From positions 8,290-72,289 of the forward strand of contig CALDIF010000084.1 of the NCBI GenBank assembly GCA_937901905.1: a stretch of DNA of 64,000 nt, given 5' to 3'. The position numbers and the translations under genes were made by a program. The notes beneath the pieces are model-generated. The model saw nothing but the letters and a program-made list of their open reading frames with translations, was not told where the DNA came from and ran no database searches. Each line of letters begins with the position of its first letter. The first letter of the stretch is position 1. Below are positions 8,477 through 18,202 of this stretch, piece after piece. Origin of the DNA: an uncultured Porphyromonadaceae bacterium. GTDB lineage: Bacteria > Bacteroidota > Bacteroidia > Bacteroidales > Muribaculaceae.

Positions 8477-9391
8477 ATGGATTATCAGGCTATTATTGAC
8501 AAGGTTTTTGAACAAATCGCGCCGTTGCGTGGAGTAGGCAAACAGGCTGATTATATACCCGCTCTCGCCGAGGTCAACCCCGACCGCTGTGGCATAGCAA
8601 TGCGCACCCTGAACGGCTCGTATTACAGCACGGGCGACGCCACGGTGAGGTTTTCGCTCCAAAGTATCAGCAAGGTATTCGCGCTCGCCATGGCGATGCA
8701 CCTCGAGGGCGACAACCTGTGGACACGCATGGGCAAAGAGCCGTCGGGAGCGGCTTTCAACTCGCTCATTCAGTTGGAACTGGAGCACGGCATTCCTCGC
8801 AATCCCTTTATCAATGCCGGTGCGATAGTGTTAAGCGACATCTTGGTCGAGCACCTGCCTTCTCCTGAAAATCGTTTCATCGAGTTTGTGCGCAGTCTTG
8901 CCAAATGCCCCACTATAAACTACAACTACGGTGTAGCCTTGAGCGAGAAAAAACAGGCGTATCTCAACACCGCCATCGCCAACTTGTTGAAATATCACGG
9001 CAACATACGTGGCGACATCGATCGTGTGTTACAATTCTACTTCCTGGTGTGCAGCATCGAGATGAGTTGTGCCGAATTATCACAAGCCTTTTTGCCATTT
9101 GCCGACCACCAACAGCGGTTTGATTACGACGGAGTGACACTCACGTCGTCGCACGTAAAACGCATGAATGCAATCATGCAAACGTGCGGTTTCTACGACG
9201 AAGCCGGTGAATTTTCATTTTTGGTCGGACTTCCGGGCAAGAGTGGCGTGGGCGGCGGCATCGCGGCTCTTTATCCGGGGCGTTACGCTGTGGCGGTATG
9301 GAGTCCGCGCCTCAACCCCAAGGGCAACAGCGTGGTCGGCATGAAGGCACTGGAATTGCTCACCACATTCACTGCCGAATCAATTTTTTAG
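8477..9391 (+). CDS. glsA: Glutaminase A
   Basis: 304 aa. It carries GKQADYIPALAEVNP, SISKVF and GLPGKSGVGGGI, all typical of the glutaminase family. Confidence 0.9.
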   Translation: MDYQAIIDKVFEQIAPLRGVGKQADYIPALAEVNPDRCGIAMRTLNGSYYSTGDATVRFSLQSISKVFALAMAMHLEGDNLWTRMGKEPSGAAFNSLIQLELEHGIPRNPFINAGAIVLSDILVEHLPSPENRFIEFVRSLAKCPTINYNYGVALSEKKQAYLNTAIANLLKYHGNIRGDIDRVLQFYFLVCSIEMSCAELSQAFLPFADHQQRFDYDGVTLTSSHVKRMNAIMQTCGFYDEAGEFSFLVGLPGKSGVGGGIAALYPGRYAVAVWSPRLNPKGNSVVGMKALELLTTFTAESIF

Positions 9392-9432
9392 CGAACACAA
9401 TTTTGAGATATTCATACACCTTTCATACTACA

Positions 9433-9465
9433 AAAGACCACCGGTTGTTGCCGGTGGTCTTTTGT
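9433..9465. terminator. Bidirectional rho-independent terminator between glsA and cysE
   Basis: AAAGACCACCGG-TTGTTG-CCGGTGGTCTTT forms a 12-bp stem, flanked by A-run and T-run sequence. Confidence 0.75.
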
Positions 9466-9466
9466 G

Positions 9467-10381
9467 TCAAATCCCTGCGCCATCACTGTACATCGGTTGC
9501 TCGATTGGTCGTCCTTGGATTACACGCGAGTGCGGAGGTACATCGCGCGTGAGCCACACGTTACCGCCGATCACGCTGTCATGACCGATGGTGATGCGCC
9601 CCAATATCGAGGTGTTGCTATACACCACCACCCTATCTTCAATGATAGGATGCCTGGGCAGATCAATCGGTCGACCTGTCTCGTCGTGCTCAAAATTGCG
9701 CGCACCCAATGTCACTCCTTGATACAACATCACGTGGTTACCGATGATGCTAGTGGCTCCGATCACGATACCCGTACCATGGTCTATCGCGAAGTACTCA
9801 CCTATCGTCGCCGCCGGATGTATATCAACACCCGTGGTCGAGTGGGCCATCTCGGTAATGATGCGCGGCAAGATAGGGACACCCAACAAGTGCAAGGCGT
9901 GTGCCACACGATAATGCAACATCACCGTGCTTACCGGATAGCCGAAAATCACTTCACTGAGGCTTGTAACAGCCGGATCATTGAGCGAAACCGCCTCAAT
10001 GTCGGTAAGCAACAAATCGCGTATTGCCGGCAACCCGTTGACGAATTGCACCGCAATATCTTTCGCCTCGACACATCGTTCCTCGTCGTCACGAAAACCG
10101 GCAAACACAAGAGCCGATGCGACTTGTTTACGCACAATCATGAACACTTGTTCAAGATCTACTCCCACATGATGCAGACGAGCCTCCTCAATGACATGAC
10201 CGTTGTCGAAATAACCCGGGAAGAGCAGTCGACGCAGTAGCACCATCAGTTCGCTGATCATGGTCACAGCGGGCATGGTGCTATGGCGCGACAATGCCAA
10301 TCGTCGCTCGTTATCACAACTCTCGGTCAACTTGAGGGTGGCATCGCGAATGATGACACCGATTTGCTTGCGATCCATCAT
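9467..10381 (-). CDS. cysE: Serine O-acetyltransferase (long form)
   Basis: 304 aa with hexapeptide-repeat region [43 protein letters not shown]. Its start overlaps the cysK stop (ATGA). Confidence 0.88.
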   Translation of the reverse strand: [304 protein letters not shown]

Positions 10382-11292
10382 GAGAATAATCCGGTTGACA
10401 GATAGCGCTCACCCGTGTCGGGGAGTAATGCGACAATCGTCTTTCCCACATAGGCTTCATCACGAGCCAAACGCAACGCGGCAGCGCACGAGGCACCCGA
10501 CGAGATACCGACCAACAAGCCCAAAGTGCGTGCGAGCGTACGGGCAGCCTCGGCAGCCTCCTCGTCACTCACGGTGAGGACACGGCTGACTACATTGGCA
10601 TCGTAGGTAGCGGGCACAAAGCCGGCTCCTATACCTTGTATCTTGTGCTTGCCTGCCACACCGGTCGACAAAACAGCCGAACTTGCAGGCTCGACAGCCA
10701 CGATTTCAACTTCGGGGTTGTGACGACGCAAGGCGCGTCCCACACCACTCACTGTGCCGCCTGTTCCGACACCGGCAACAAAGACATCGACAACGCCCCC
10801 GGTGTCACGCCATACCTCCTCACCGGTCGTACGCTCGTGTATTGCCGGATTGGCGGGATTGACAAACTGACCGAGGATTACCGCGCCCTCGATTGTGGAA
10901 CGCAACTGCTCGGCACGAGCAATAGCCCCCTTCATGCCCTCGGCTCCGGGGGTGAGTTCCAACTCTGCCCCGTACGCCTTGAGGAGGTTGCGACGTTCGA
11001 CGCTCATAGTGTCGGGCATGGTGAGTATAACACGATAGCCACGTGATGTTCCCACCCAAGCCAAGCCCACACCGGTGTTGCCGCTTGTAGGCTCGATAAT
11101 AGTTGCACCGGGGCTCAACACGCCACGTTGCTCGGCATCTTCAATCATCGCGAGAGCGATGCGATCTTTCACGCTACCGCCCGGATTATAATACTCCAAC
11201 TTGAGCAACAAGCGAGCACCGCCGCCCACCACCGGTGTGGCGTCGACCAACGGGGTATTACCCACGAGGTCGGTCATTTTTGCATAAATCAT
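10378..11292 (-). CDS. cysK: Cysteine synthase A (O-acetylserine sulfhydrylase)
   Basis: 304 aa. It has the PLP-enzyme motifs NPGGSVKDR, TSGNTG and GVGTGGT. Confidence 0.92.
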   Translation of the reverse strand: MIYAKMTDLVGNTPLVDATPVVGGGARLLLKLEYYNPGGSVKDRIALAMIEDAEQRGVLSPGATIIEPTSGNTGVGLAWVGTSRGYRVILTMPDTMSVERRNLLKAYGAELELTPGAEGMKGAIARAEQLRSTIEGAVILGQFVNPANPAIHERTTGEEVWRDTGGVVDVFVAGVGTGGTVSGVGRALRRHNPEVEIVAVEPASSAVLSTGVAGKHKIQGIGAGFVPATYDANVVSRVLTVSDEEAAEAARTLARTLGLLVGISSGASCAAALRLARDEAYVGKTIVALLPDTGERYLSTGLFS

Positions 11293-11326
11293 AATTTTAC
11301 AAACTTTGAATTTTGATTAAGAAATC

Positions 11327-11368
11327 CATCTGATCTGGGTCGTCACTTCGGGCGACCCAGATCAGATG
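11327..11368 (-). terminator. Strong hairpin (16-bp perfect stem) downstream of the Wza-like gene and upstream of cysK
   Basis: CATCTGATCTGGGTCG-N10-CGACCCAGATCAGATG. The T-tract on the minus strand is only modest. Confidence 0.6.
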
Positions 11369-11424
11369 TGTTTTAATAATACGAGCAACGGTCGTCGCCA
11401 ATTCCCGGCTTACACGTCAACGTA

Positions 11425-12225
11425 TCACTTGGTCAAGGTAATAACGAATGTTGCGATTGACATCAGCAAACTCAATGTGGTGAACGCGAATGTCACGCCC
11501 GGAGGCATCTGCCATGATGAGCGCGCCTTGCTGGCGTTAGGCTCGACGTACACGATGTCGTTTTGCTGCAAGTAAAAATCACTCGACACAAGCAAGTTGG
11601 CATCGTTAAGGTTCACCGTTTTCACTTGTCGTGTGCCGTCACTATTGGTGTGCACTATCATCACATTGTCACGTCGACCTTGAATTGTGAGGTCGCCTGC
11701 CATTGCCAGTGCCTCAAGCACGTTGAGTCGACCGTTGGGAGCCTTGACGGCACCGGGGGTTTTCACTTCACCCATGACATACACATGAAAGTTTTGCAAG
11801 CGAACCTCAACAACGGGACGCTCGGTGATATATCGCGGATAAATCTGCGAAGCGATGTAGTCGGCGGTTGCACTGATTGTCATGCCACCCACATGCAATC
11901 GACCTAACACGGGGAAGTCGATATTACCCTTGTTATCAACGAGATAGTAATATATCGAATTCTCGGTGTTATTATTCAAACTGTTGTTTGTGCCCACAAT
12001 CTCGGTTTTGTTGAATATCTTTACCAAGTCGGGCTGGCTGCACGACACGTTAATTTGGATCAAGTCGCCGGCTATCAACGGTTGTTCCACATTCTTGGCG
12101 GCATTGTTGAGTACGCTTTGAGGCAGGCTCGAGGCATCAATCATATAGGGAACCTCCTTGGTCGAACCGCAACCCGCGAGCATGAGTGTCAACAAGGCGA
12201 CACTCAATATAGTCTTAATATTCAT
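11425..12225 (-). CDS. Polysaccharide export outer-membrane lipoprotein (Wza-like, Poly_export + SLBB)
   Basis: 266 aa with lipoprotein signal LMLAGCGS. It also has GDLIQINV, VDNKGNIDFPVLGRLHVGGMT and VYVMGEVKTPG, typical of the Wza/KpsD family. Confidence 0.85.
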   Translation of the reverse strand: MNIKTILSVALLTLMLAGCGSTKEVPYMIDASSLPQSVLNNAAKNVEQPLIAGDLIQINVSCSQPDLVKIFNKTEIVGTNNSLNNNTENSIYYYLVDNKGNIDFPVLGRLHVGGMTISATADYIASQIYPRYITERPVVEVRLQNFHVYVMGEVKTPGAVKAPNGRLNVLEALAMAGDLTIQGRRDNVMIVHTNSDGTRQVKTVNLNDANLLVSSDFYLQQNDIVYVEPNASKARSSWQMPPGVTFAFTTLSLLMSIATFVITLTK

Positions 12226-12242
12226 AATCAGGCGTTTTGCTT

Positions 12243-13448
12243 TTAGAGACCGATTTTCTTAGCGATATTCTTGGGGACACCTGCCTTGTTGAGGTAAATG
12301 TCCAACGTCTTGGCACGGAAGAATGCCTTGCTCACATAGAAATAGCCGTCGTACACTTGATTGGTGTCCCAACTGTTTTGAACTTTATAATATTCGTGAC
12401 CCTCTTGGTCAACAGCCTTGCCCATGATCACCATGCCGTGATCGTCGGTGGTTTCCTTGTTGTCGAACATCGCTTGACGTTCTTCTTGGGTCACCCACTG
12501 CTCTTCAACCGGGCCCTTGATGTCCCACTTCTCTTCCTCGCGATCCTTGTCACTCAACTTTGCCCAGCGTGCCATGTCGGTGCCGGCAGCATCGGGTACC
12601 TCTTTGTCAACGGGAAGCACAGCGAAGCCTTTGCGCCACTTGAAGCCCGGCTCGCTCACGTCGGCACCCCATGCGATGGTGTAACCGTTATCCAAGGCAT
12701 AATCCACAATCTCGATCAATTCATCGACAGGGACATTTTGGAAAGACTCCCATAGCCAGTTGTCGGCCACTTCGAGTACAAACGGTTTGTAGAACTGATG
12801 ATGGGTGAACGAGGTTATGGAAACATAGTCATTGAGGTCGATGGGCAACGAGGCTGCAAAACTCTGCGGAGTGTAAGTCTTACCTTCCCAAGTGAAACTC
12901 TCGGGCAACTTACCCATGTAGGCATCGAGTATGCCGGTGAGACCGTCGATCCAAGCCGGGGTCAACTTCTTCAATTTGCGCTCATTGATCACGCTCACAT
13001 AGCCCTGAAGGGTTGCGGTGAGTTCGGCAGTATTGAACTTCTTGTCGCCATGGGTCATTCCGGTATACACGTCGACCGGCACCATGCCATAGTTCTCCCA
13101 CACGTAGGGGACATCGTGAGCGGCACCTCCCTCGGCAAAATTGATTTCGCCGTCCATGCGAACATTCTTGATAGCCTTGTCAAGGTAGCAGTGGTAAACC
13201 ACGAATCCCTCGCTGAGGTGCACCTGCTTGCCTGTCTTGCGCAAAATTTCGCTCTCTAAAAAGGAGTTGGTCGAGTAGCACCAACACGTACCACTCTTGT
13301 TCTGATCCTTGACCGGAGTCGTAGCAATAACCTTCACGTCGGTAAAGGTAAAGCCGGTGCTGTCCGGATCAACAATTTTGTCATCGGCAAAGCACCACGA
13401 CGATGTCATCAACATCGCCATTGCCATGAATGATAATCGGTTTGTCAT
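12243..13448 (-). CDS. pepC: Aminopeptidase C / bleomycin hydrolase-type cysteine peptidase (C1B)
   Basis: Active-site context QNKSGTCWCYS. The likely start is MTNRLSFMAMAMLM (signal peptide) at 13448, rather than the ORF-track start at 13484. Confidence 0.85.
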   Translation of the reverse strand: MTNRLSFMAMAMLMTSSWCFADDKIVDPDSTGFTFTDVKVIATTPVKDQNKSGTCWCYSTNSFLESEILRKTGKQVHLSEGFVVYHCYLDKAIKNVRMDGEINFAEGGAAHDVPYVWENYGMVPVDVYTGMTHGDKKFNTAELTATLQGYVSVINERKLKKLTPAWIDGLTGILDAYMGKLPESFTWEGKTYTPQSFAASLPIDLNDYVSITSFTHHQFYKPFVLEVADNWLWESFQNVPVDELIEIVDYALDNGYTIAWGADVSEPGFKWRKGFAVLPVDKEVPDAAGTDMARWAKLSDKDREEEKWDIKGPVEEQWVTQEERQAMFDNKETTDDHGMVIMGKAVDQEGHEYYKVQNSWDTNQVYDGYFYVSKAFFRAKTLDIYLNKAGVPKNIAKKIGL

Positions 13449-13459
13449 CTTGTAGGTAA

Positions 13460-14089
13460 TTATTTGGTTAATGTTATTACACAATTATTGTCGTGGTAAT
13501 CAATCTCGGCTATTCCCATGCGACACATCGCCACAACGATTTGCTCTGCCACCTCATCACTGCAGTGTAGCAAGCGAGTGGCTCCCTTGACCGTGATTGC
13601 GCCATGCGAGCCGATGTAGTCAAGCAAGCGACGCTCACGCTCACCGAGGCTGATGGTCGCAGCCCCACTCTCGCTCATCACGCGCTCGTGAACCCGACCG
13701 ACAACGACATTCTCGTCGGCAACGCGATAGTAAGCCACATAGTTGCCATGCTCGTCGGGTGCGGTCACCGGACGTGTATCGGCGATGCCGATTATAGCCT
13801 CAACCACTATCTTGCCATGCACGTTGTGATTGACAAATTCCACAGGCTGTGGCGGACGGCAGTACATTGAGGCGGCTTGTTCGACCATGTATATTTCCTC
13901 CTCACTGCTCACTCCGGCAACGATGCCGTTATCCTTGACACCGATGAGCAATCTGCCACCGGCATGGTTGGCAAACGCTGCGATGCTGCGCGCTATCTTG
14001 CGAGAGTCGGCAATACGGAATTTGAAATCCTGTCGCTCATGCTCGCCATGAGTAATCAACTCCTCGATGTATGCAGCACCGTGTCTCAT
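13460..14089 (-). CDS. AlbA_2 (Schlafen-like) putative DNA-binding domain protein with a C-terminal HTH-like region
   Basis: ERQDFKFRIADSRKIARSIAAFANHAGGRLLIGVKDNGIVAGV matches the AlbA_2 core. The ATG at 14089 is preferred over the GTG at 14095. Confidence 0.65.
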   Translation of the reverse strand: MRHGAAYIEELITHGEHERQDFKFRIADSRKIARSIAAFANHAGGRLLIGVKDNGIVAGVSSEEEIYMVEQAASMYCRPPQPVEFVNHNVHGKIVVEAIIGIADTRPVTAPDEHGNYVAYYRVADENVVVGRVHERVMSESGAATISLGERERRLLDYIGSHGAITVKGATRLLHCSDEVAEQIVVAMCRMGIAEIDYHDNNCVITLTK

Positions 14090-14091
14090 TG

Positions 14092-15192
14092 TCACTTGAT
14101 TACTTGTTTTAAAACAGGCAACAACTTGGCAGCGTAGTAGAGGAAGCCCACATCGGTGGCATGAATGCCGTCAACAAAACCCTCGCCGTCGGGACCGTAC
14201 AAACCCTCACAATCAACGTAGTAGAGATTGTCGGGGTTATCGGCAAGCAATCGCTCGTAGTTTTTGCGCCATTCCACGTTCTTCTCGGGCAGATAAGAAC
14301 TGTAATAGGCACTATACTTGGTATAGGAATACATCGGCCCCTCGACCATGATGATGGGCACGTCGGGACGCAACGTGCGCAGTATATTGACAAAGCCGTA
14401 AGTTAGCGTGTCGCACATCATCTTGGTGCAGTTGGGCACCGGGTCAAGCACATACGCCGCCACATCGGGTATCGCGGCCATTACCCGTGCCATGCAACTA
14501 TCCATCTTGGCTTGACCGCTGAAACCGAGGTTGACACACTCCACACCCAATTCGCGCTGCAAGATGTTGGTAGACACCATGCCCGGACGCGTGGCACAAC
14601 CGCCCTGCATGATGCTCGTGCCGTAAAACACGACCTTACCGCCCACTCGGGGCGAGACCACTTGCGGCATAGTGAGTACGGCGGTACTGTCCACGCCGAT
14701 GTCGATCCAATTCACACCGTCGTAAAGCGACAAGTAAGCCAAATACTCGTGCATACGCCCGTCGAGCCTGTCGATAAAGACCTTGGTTTGAATAGAGTCC
14801 TTCGTGGGACGGTTACAGTTGACAAAGTGCCACTTGCCGTCGTCCTCATCGAGGATATAAAGGTCTACACCTTTGGTGCCGGTGTCGGCCATGTGCGCCA
14901 TGTGGAACTGGTTGCGAATGTTGTAGTGCATTGCAACACAACGCGAGTCGGTCGCAAAGCGTATACCGATGCCCGCGCTGCAGCGAGCCAACCACCACAA
15001 GCCGTCACGCACGCTGTCCTCCATATACTTGGGCAGACGCGAATACAACGGGTCATCAAAGCCGTTGTTTATTATGCGGAACTGCGTCGCATCGACATAG
15101 CGCAACGTGTCGGATTTGGTGAAATCCTGAGCCTCGACCGCTGTACAAGCAATCAATGTAATGGCGAGCAGCAATAAAAAACGTTTTATCAT
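14092..15192 (-). CDS. SGNH/GDSL hydrolase (CE2-like carbohydrate esterase architecture), secreted
   Basis: It has a signal peptide (MIKRFLLLLAITLIACTAVEAQ), block I (FYGTSIMQG) and a C-terminal DGIHATD (Asp-x-x-His) motif. The start is at 15192. Confidence 0.7.
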   Translation of the reverse strand: MIKRFLLLLAITLIACTAVEAQDFTKSDTLRYVDATQFRIINNGFDDPLYSRLPKYMEDSVRDGLWWLARCSAGIGIRFATDSRCVAMHYNIRNQFHMAHMADTGTKGVDLYILDEDDGKWHFVNCNRPTKDSIQTKVFIDRLDGRMHEYLAYLSLYDGVNWIDIGVDSTAVLTMPQVVSPRVGGKVVFYGTSIMQGGCATRPGMVSTNILQRELGVECVNLGFSGQAKMDSCMARVMAAIPDVAAYVLDPVPNCTKMMCDTLTYGFVNILRTLRPDVPIIMVEGPMYSYTKYSAYYSSYLPEKNVEWRKNYERLLADNPDNLYYVDCEGLYGPDGEGFVDGIHATDVGFLYYAAKLLPVLKQVIK

Positions 15193-15265
15193 AATATTTT
15201 CAAACAACAAGGAGGCGCCGCCCTCAAGCGACGACCTCCTCTACAGTGTTCGTTTCATCAGTGAC

Positions 15266-15955
15266 TTACTCGAGCGTACCGGCGTTGGCGGCTTCGATCA
15301 TTGCCTCGTTGGCACTGATGTATATCTCAACGCGACGGTTCTGGGCGCGACCGGGCTCGGTGTCGTTGCTTGCGACAGGATAGTCGTAGGCACAACCCTC
15401 GGCACTCATGCGAGCTGAACTCACACCGGCATTCATCAGATAGGTCTTCACCGAGTTGGCGCGAGCCAACGACAATTTCTCGTTAGTTGCACGACTGCCC
15501 GTATTGTCGGTGTGACCGGCGATTTGAATGTTAGTGTCGGGATTATTAATGAGCGAGGTGGCAAAGGTGTTCAATGCACTCTTGGCACTGTTGCTCAAGT
15601 TGCTCTTGCCCGTTGCGAACAAGATGCCGCTCTCGAGGGTCACCTTGAGCGCGGGGTTATCGTTCCGGTCGGTAACGGTCTCAACAGTTGCGCCCTCAAT
15701 ATTCTCGAGTTCTTTCTTCTGCTTGTCCATCTTCTTGCCGATGAGCGTACCGGCGACACCACCGGCGACAGCACCGACGGCAGCACCGATAGCGGCACCC
15801 TTACCCTTGCCGAATATAGCACCTAAACCCGCACCCACAGCAGCACCGCCACCGGTACCGATTATCGCACCCTTTCCGGTGTTACTCATTGAACTACAAC
15901 CTACCGTTGTAATCAACAATAGTGCGCTAAGCACCATGCAAATCATCTTTTTCAT
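15266..15955 (-). CDS. OmpA-family lipoprotein with an N-terminal glycine-zipper region
   Basis: Lipobox TTVGCSS, a Gly-zipper (GAIIGTGGGAAVGAGLGAIFG...), and an OmpA_C core (IAGHTDNTGS...NEKLSLARANSV...NRRVEI). Confidence 0.9.
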   Translation of the reverse strand: MKKMICMVLSALLLITTVGCSSMSNTGKGAIIGTGGGAAVGAGLGAIFGKGKGAAIGAAVGAVAGGVAGTLIGKKMDKQKKELENIEGATVETVTDRNDNPALKVTLESGILFATGKSNLSNSAKSALNTFATSLINNPDTNIQIAGHTDNTGSRATNEKLSLARANSVKTYLMNAGVSSARMSAEGCAYDYPVASNDTEPGRAQNRRVEIYISANEAMIEAANAGTLE

Positions 15956-16000
15956 CTCGTGTAAACTGTAATTTGGTTACTAACTGATATTTCTAATATG

Positions 16001-16008
16001 CAAAGGTA
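16001..16008 (-). promoter_or_regulatory. -7 box (TACCTTTG on the minus strand) for the OmpA-family gene
   Basis: The plus strand reads CAAAGGTA, 46 nt upstream of the ATG at 15955. Confidence 0.45.
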
Positions 16009-16090
16009 AACAATTTTATCAATTTACTGCTCAAATTAACACATTTTATCAGTATTTTGCAATATAAAATTCGCCATAGGTAATCGCGCC

Positions 16091-18079
16091 TTAACTCTTC
16101 AAGGTTATGGGGCGGTAAGCACGTTCCTTGATTGCACCGGAACGGAATGCGCGCAACAACTCCTGCAGGTCGGCAATTTGATGTCTCAATTCCTCGCCCT
16201 TGTCGGTATCCTTGACCATCATGCGGTGATTGGTCATCTCAACCAATTGGACGGTCGACTTGATGTCTTGCCCCAATTCAACGGCATTTTCTATTGAGGT
16301 GAACGGCTCGTGTTGTACCAGTTGAAATCCTCGAGAGTGATACACGAGAGTATAACCGGCTATACCGGTTTCGGGTTGATAAGCCTTGGAGAAACCGCCA
16401 TCAATCACCATCAGTTTGCCTCCGGCTTTGATCGGGTTCTCTCCCTTAATTGTCTTGACGGGCACATGCCCGTTGATGATGTGCCTATATTGTCCCGTGA
16501 CACCGAATTCATCGAGAATCATGTCCACCACGGTCTCGTCATCGCGCAAACGGTAATATGCTCCTTTAACCTCGGTATGCGCCGCTTTATCGGTAATGAA
16601 ATAGCGTTCGAAAGTTGCCATCTTGTCCTTGTCGAATGCCGGTGAGTTCTTGCCACACCACAAGTACCACACATAGTCGAGGGCAAATGCCTGTTGTTCG
16701 GGCGTGTCGGCTCCGAAGTAAGCCTCGCGAATTAAATTTCCCACACAGTCGAGCAATGCCTTTCCATGATAGGTATTGCCGGCAATGACAATGTCTTTTA
16801 ACGTACCGTCGTCATTGAGCGGCATGGACGCGTGATACAACAAGTTGCCGTTAGCAACGGTGTAGATACAACCGTTACGGAACAGGCACTTGATGTGACG
16901 GCGCAATTTTTCACTTCGCACAAACGAGCGATGCAATTTCTCCACAACAGTCTGCTCATCGGGAGTTAAAGCATAGGGTGCATCGGGATCTACCGTCGGG
17001 AAATTCATGTCGCACATGGGGTACACAGCATCGCCCACGGTCACTGTGGCTTCGGCGCGATTGATGCGATGCAGCAATAAGCGGTCGTCCATTTCGAACT
17101 CCGGACGGCGTATAATCGTGGCCGCCTCCAACTTGAACTGGATTATGGCAATAGCCTTGTGCATACGCGCGACAAGTGCGGCGGTGCGATAATGCTCGGG
17201 GCTCAAAGAGTCGGTATCACGGGGCATAAAACGCTCGCACTCGTCGTCGGCATAGGTCTCGAGTGCAAAGGTTGCTAACGGCAGCAGATTAATACCGTAT
17301 CCGTCTTCCAACACGCTCTGATTACCGTAGCGCAAGGCGATGCGAACCACGTTGGCGATGCAGCAATCGTTCCCGCTCGCGGCTCCCATCCACAAGATGT
17401 CATGATTACCCCACTGGAAATCAAAATCGTGATAATTACACAGTATATCCATTATCTTGTCAGGACTCGGACCGCGATCGTACACATCACCCAAAATGTG
17501 CAAGCGGTCAATAGTGAGTTGCTGGATTAGGTTGCACATTGCAATGATGAAACTGTCGGCTTGACCGGTCGAAATGATAGTGCGTACCACCACGTCGACG
17601 TAGGCTTGCTTATTGGGGTCGCTCGATGTCTCGTGCAACAGTTCTTGAATGATGTAAGAATAATCGTCAGGCAATGCCTTGTGTACCTTGCTGCGAGTGT
17701 ACTTGGACGACACGCTGCGACACACCCTCACAAGACGATTAATAGTAATGAAATACCAGTCGCCCAACTCGTCGCTCTCGTCAATTTCTTGCTTAATCAA
17801 GTCCAACTTGCGCTCGGGATAGTAGATGAGCGTGCACAACTCTTGCTGCTCACGATGACCGAGGGTCTCGTTGAATATTTCACGCACTTTGCGCTTGATT
17901 GTGCCGGAGGCATTGCGCAGCACGTGCTGGAATGCTTCGTACTCTCCGTGCAAGTCGGCAAGAAAATGCTCGGTGCCTTTGGGCAAGTTTAAAATTGCTT
18001 CAAGGTTAATAATCTCGGTGCTGGCAGTCGCGATGTTAGGGAAATTGCGCGACAACAACGACAGGTATCGCAAATCCAT
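16091..18079 (-). CDS. fbp: Fructose-1,6-bisphosphatase, class 3
   Basis: The N-terminus reads MDLRYLSLLSRNFPNIATASTEIINLEAILNLPKGTEHFLADLHGE, and the metallophosphatase motifs GDVYDRG and GNHD are present. The start at 18079 is preferred over 18142, because the ORF-track extension runs through a hairpin. Confidence 0.92.
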   Translation of the reverse strand: MDLRYLSLLSRNFPNIATASTEIINLEAILNLPKGTEHFLADLHGEYEAFQHVLRNASGTIKRKVREIFNETLGHREQQELCTLIYYPERKLDLIKQEIDESDELGDWYFITINRLVRVCRSVSSKYTRSKVHKALPDDYSYIIQELLHETSSDPNKQAYVDVVVRTIISTGQADSFIIAMCNLIQQLTIDRLHILGDVYDRGPSPDKIMDILCNYHDFDFQWGNHDILWMGAASGNDCCIANVVRIALRYGNQSVLEDGYGINLLPLATFALETYADDECERFMPRDTDSLSPEHYRTAALVARMHKAIAIIQFKLEAATIIRRPEFEMDDRLLLHRINRAEATVTVGDAVYPMCDMNFPTVDPDAPYALTPDEQTVVEKLHRSFVRSEKLRRHIKCLFRNGCIYTVANGNLLYHASMPLNDDGTLKDIVIAGNTYHGKALLDCVGNLIREAYFGADTPEQQAFALDYVWYLWCGKNSPAFDKDKMATFERYFITDKAAHTEVKGAYYRLRDDETVVDMILDEFGVTGQYRHIINGHVPVKTIKGENPIKAGGKLMVIDGGFSKAYQPETGIAGYTLVYHSRGFQLVQHEPFTSIENAVELGQDIKSTVQLVEMTNHRMMVKDTDKGEELRHQIADLQELLRAFRSGAIKERAYRPITLKS

Positions 18080-18123
18080 GATGATATAGGGTGATAAAAG
18101 GGCTTCTACAGTAAGCGACATTA

Positions 18124-18165
18124 ACGACACCGCTGCAAGCATCGTTAATGTCGCTGTTATTTACA
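18124..18165 (-). terminator. Hairpin with a 14-bp perfect stem between the phosphosugar mutase gene and fbp
   Basis: AGCGACATTAACGA-N14-TCGTTAATGTCGCT. Confidence 0.55.
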
Positions 18166-18202
18166 CAATATTGTCAATTTTCAAGAATGACACGCTGTCA
18201 AA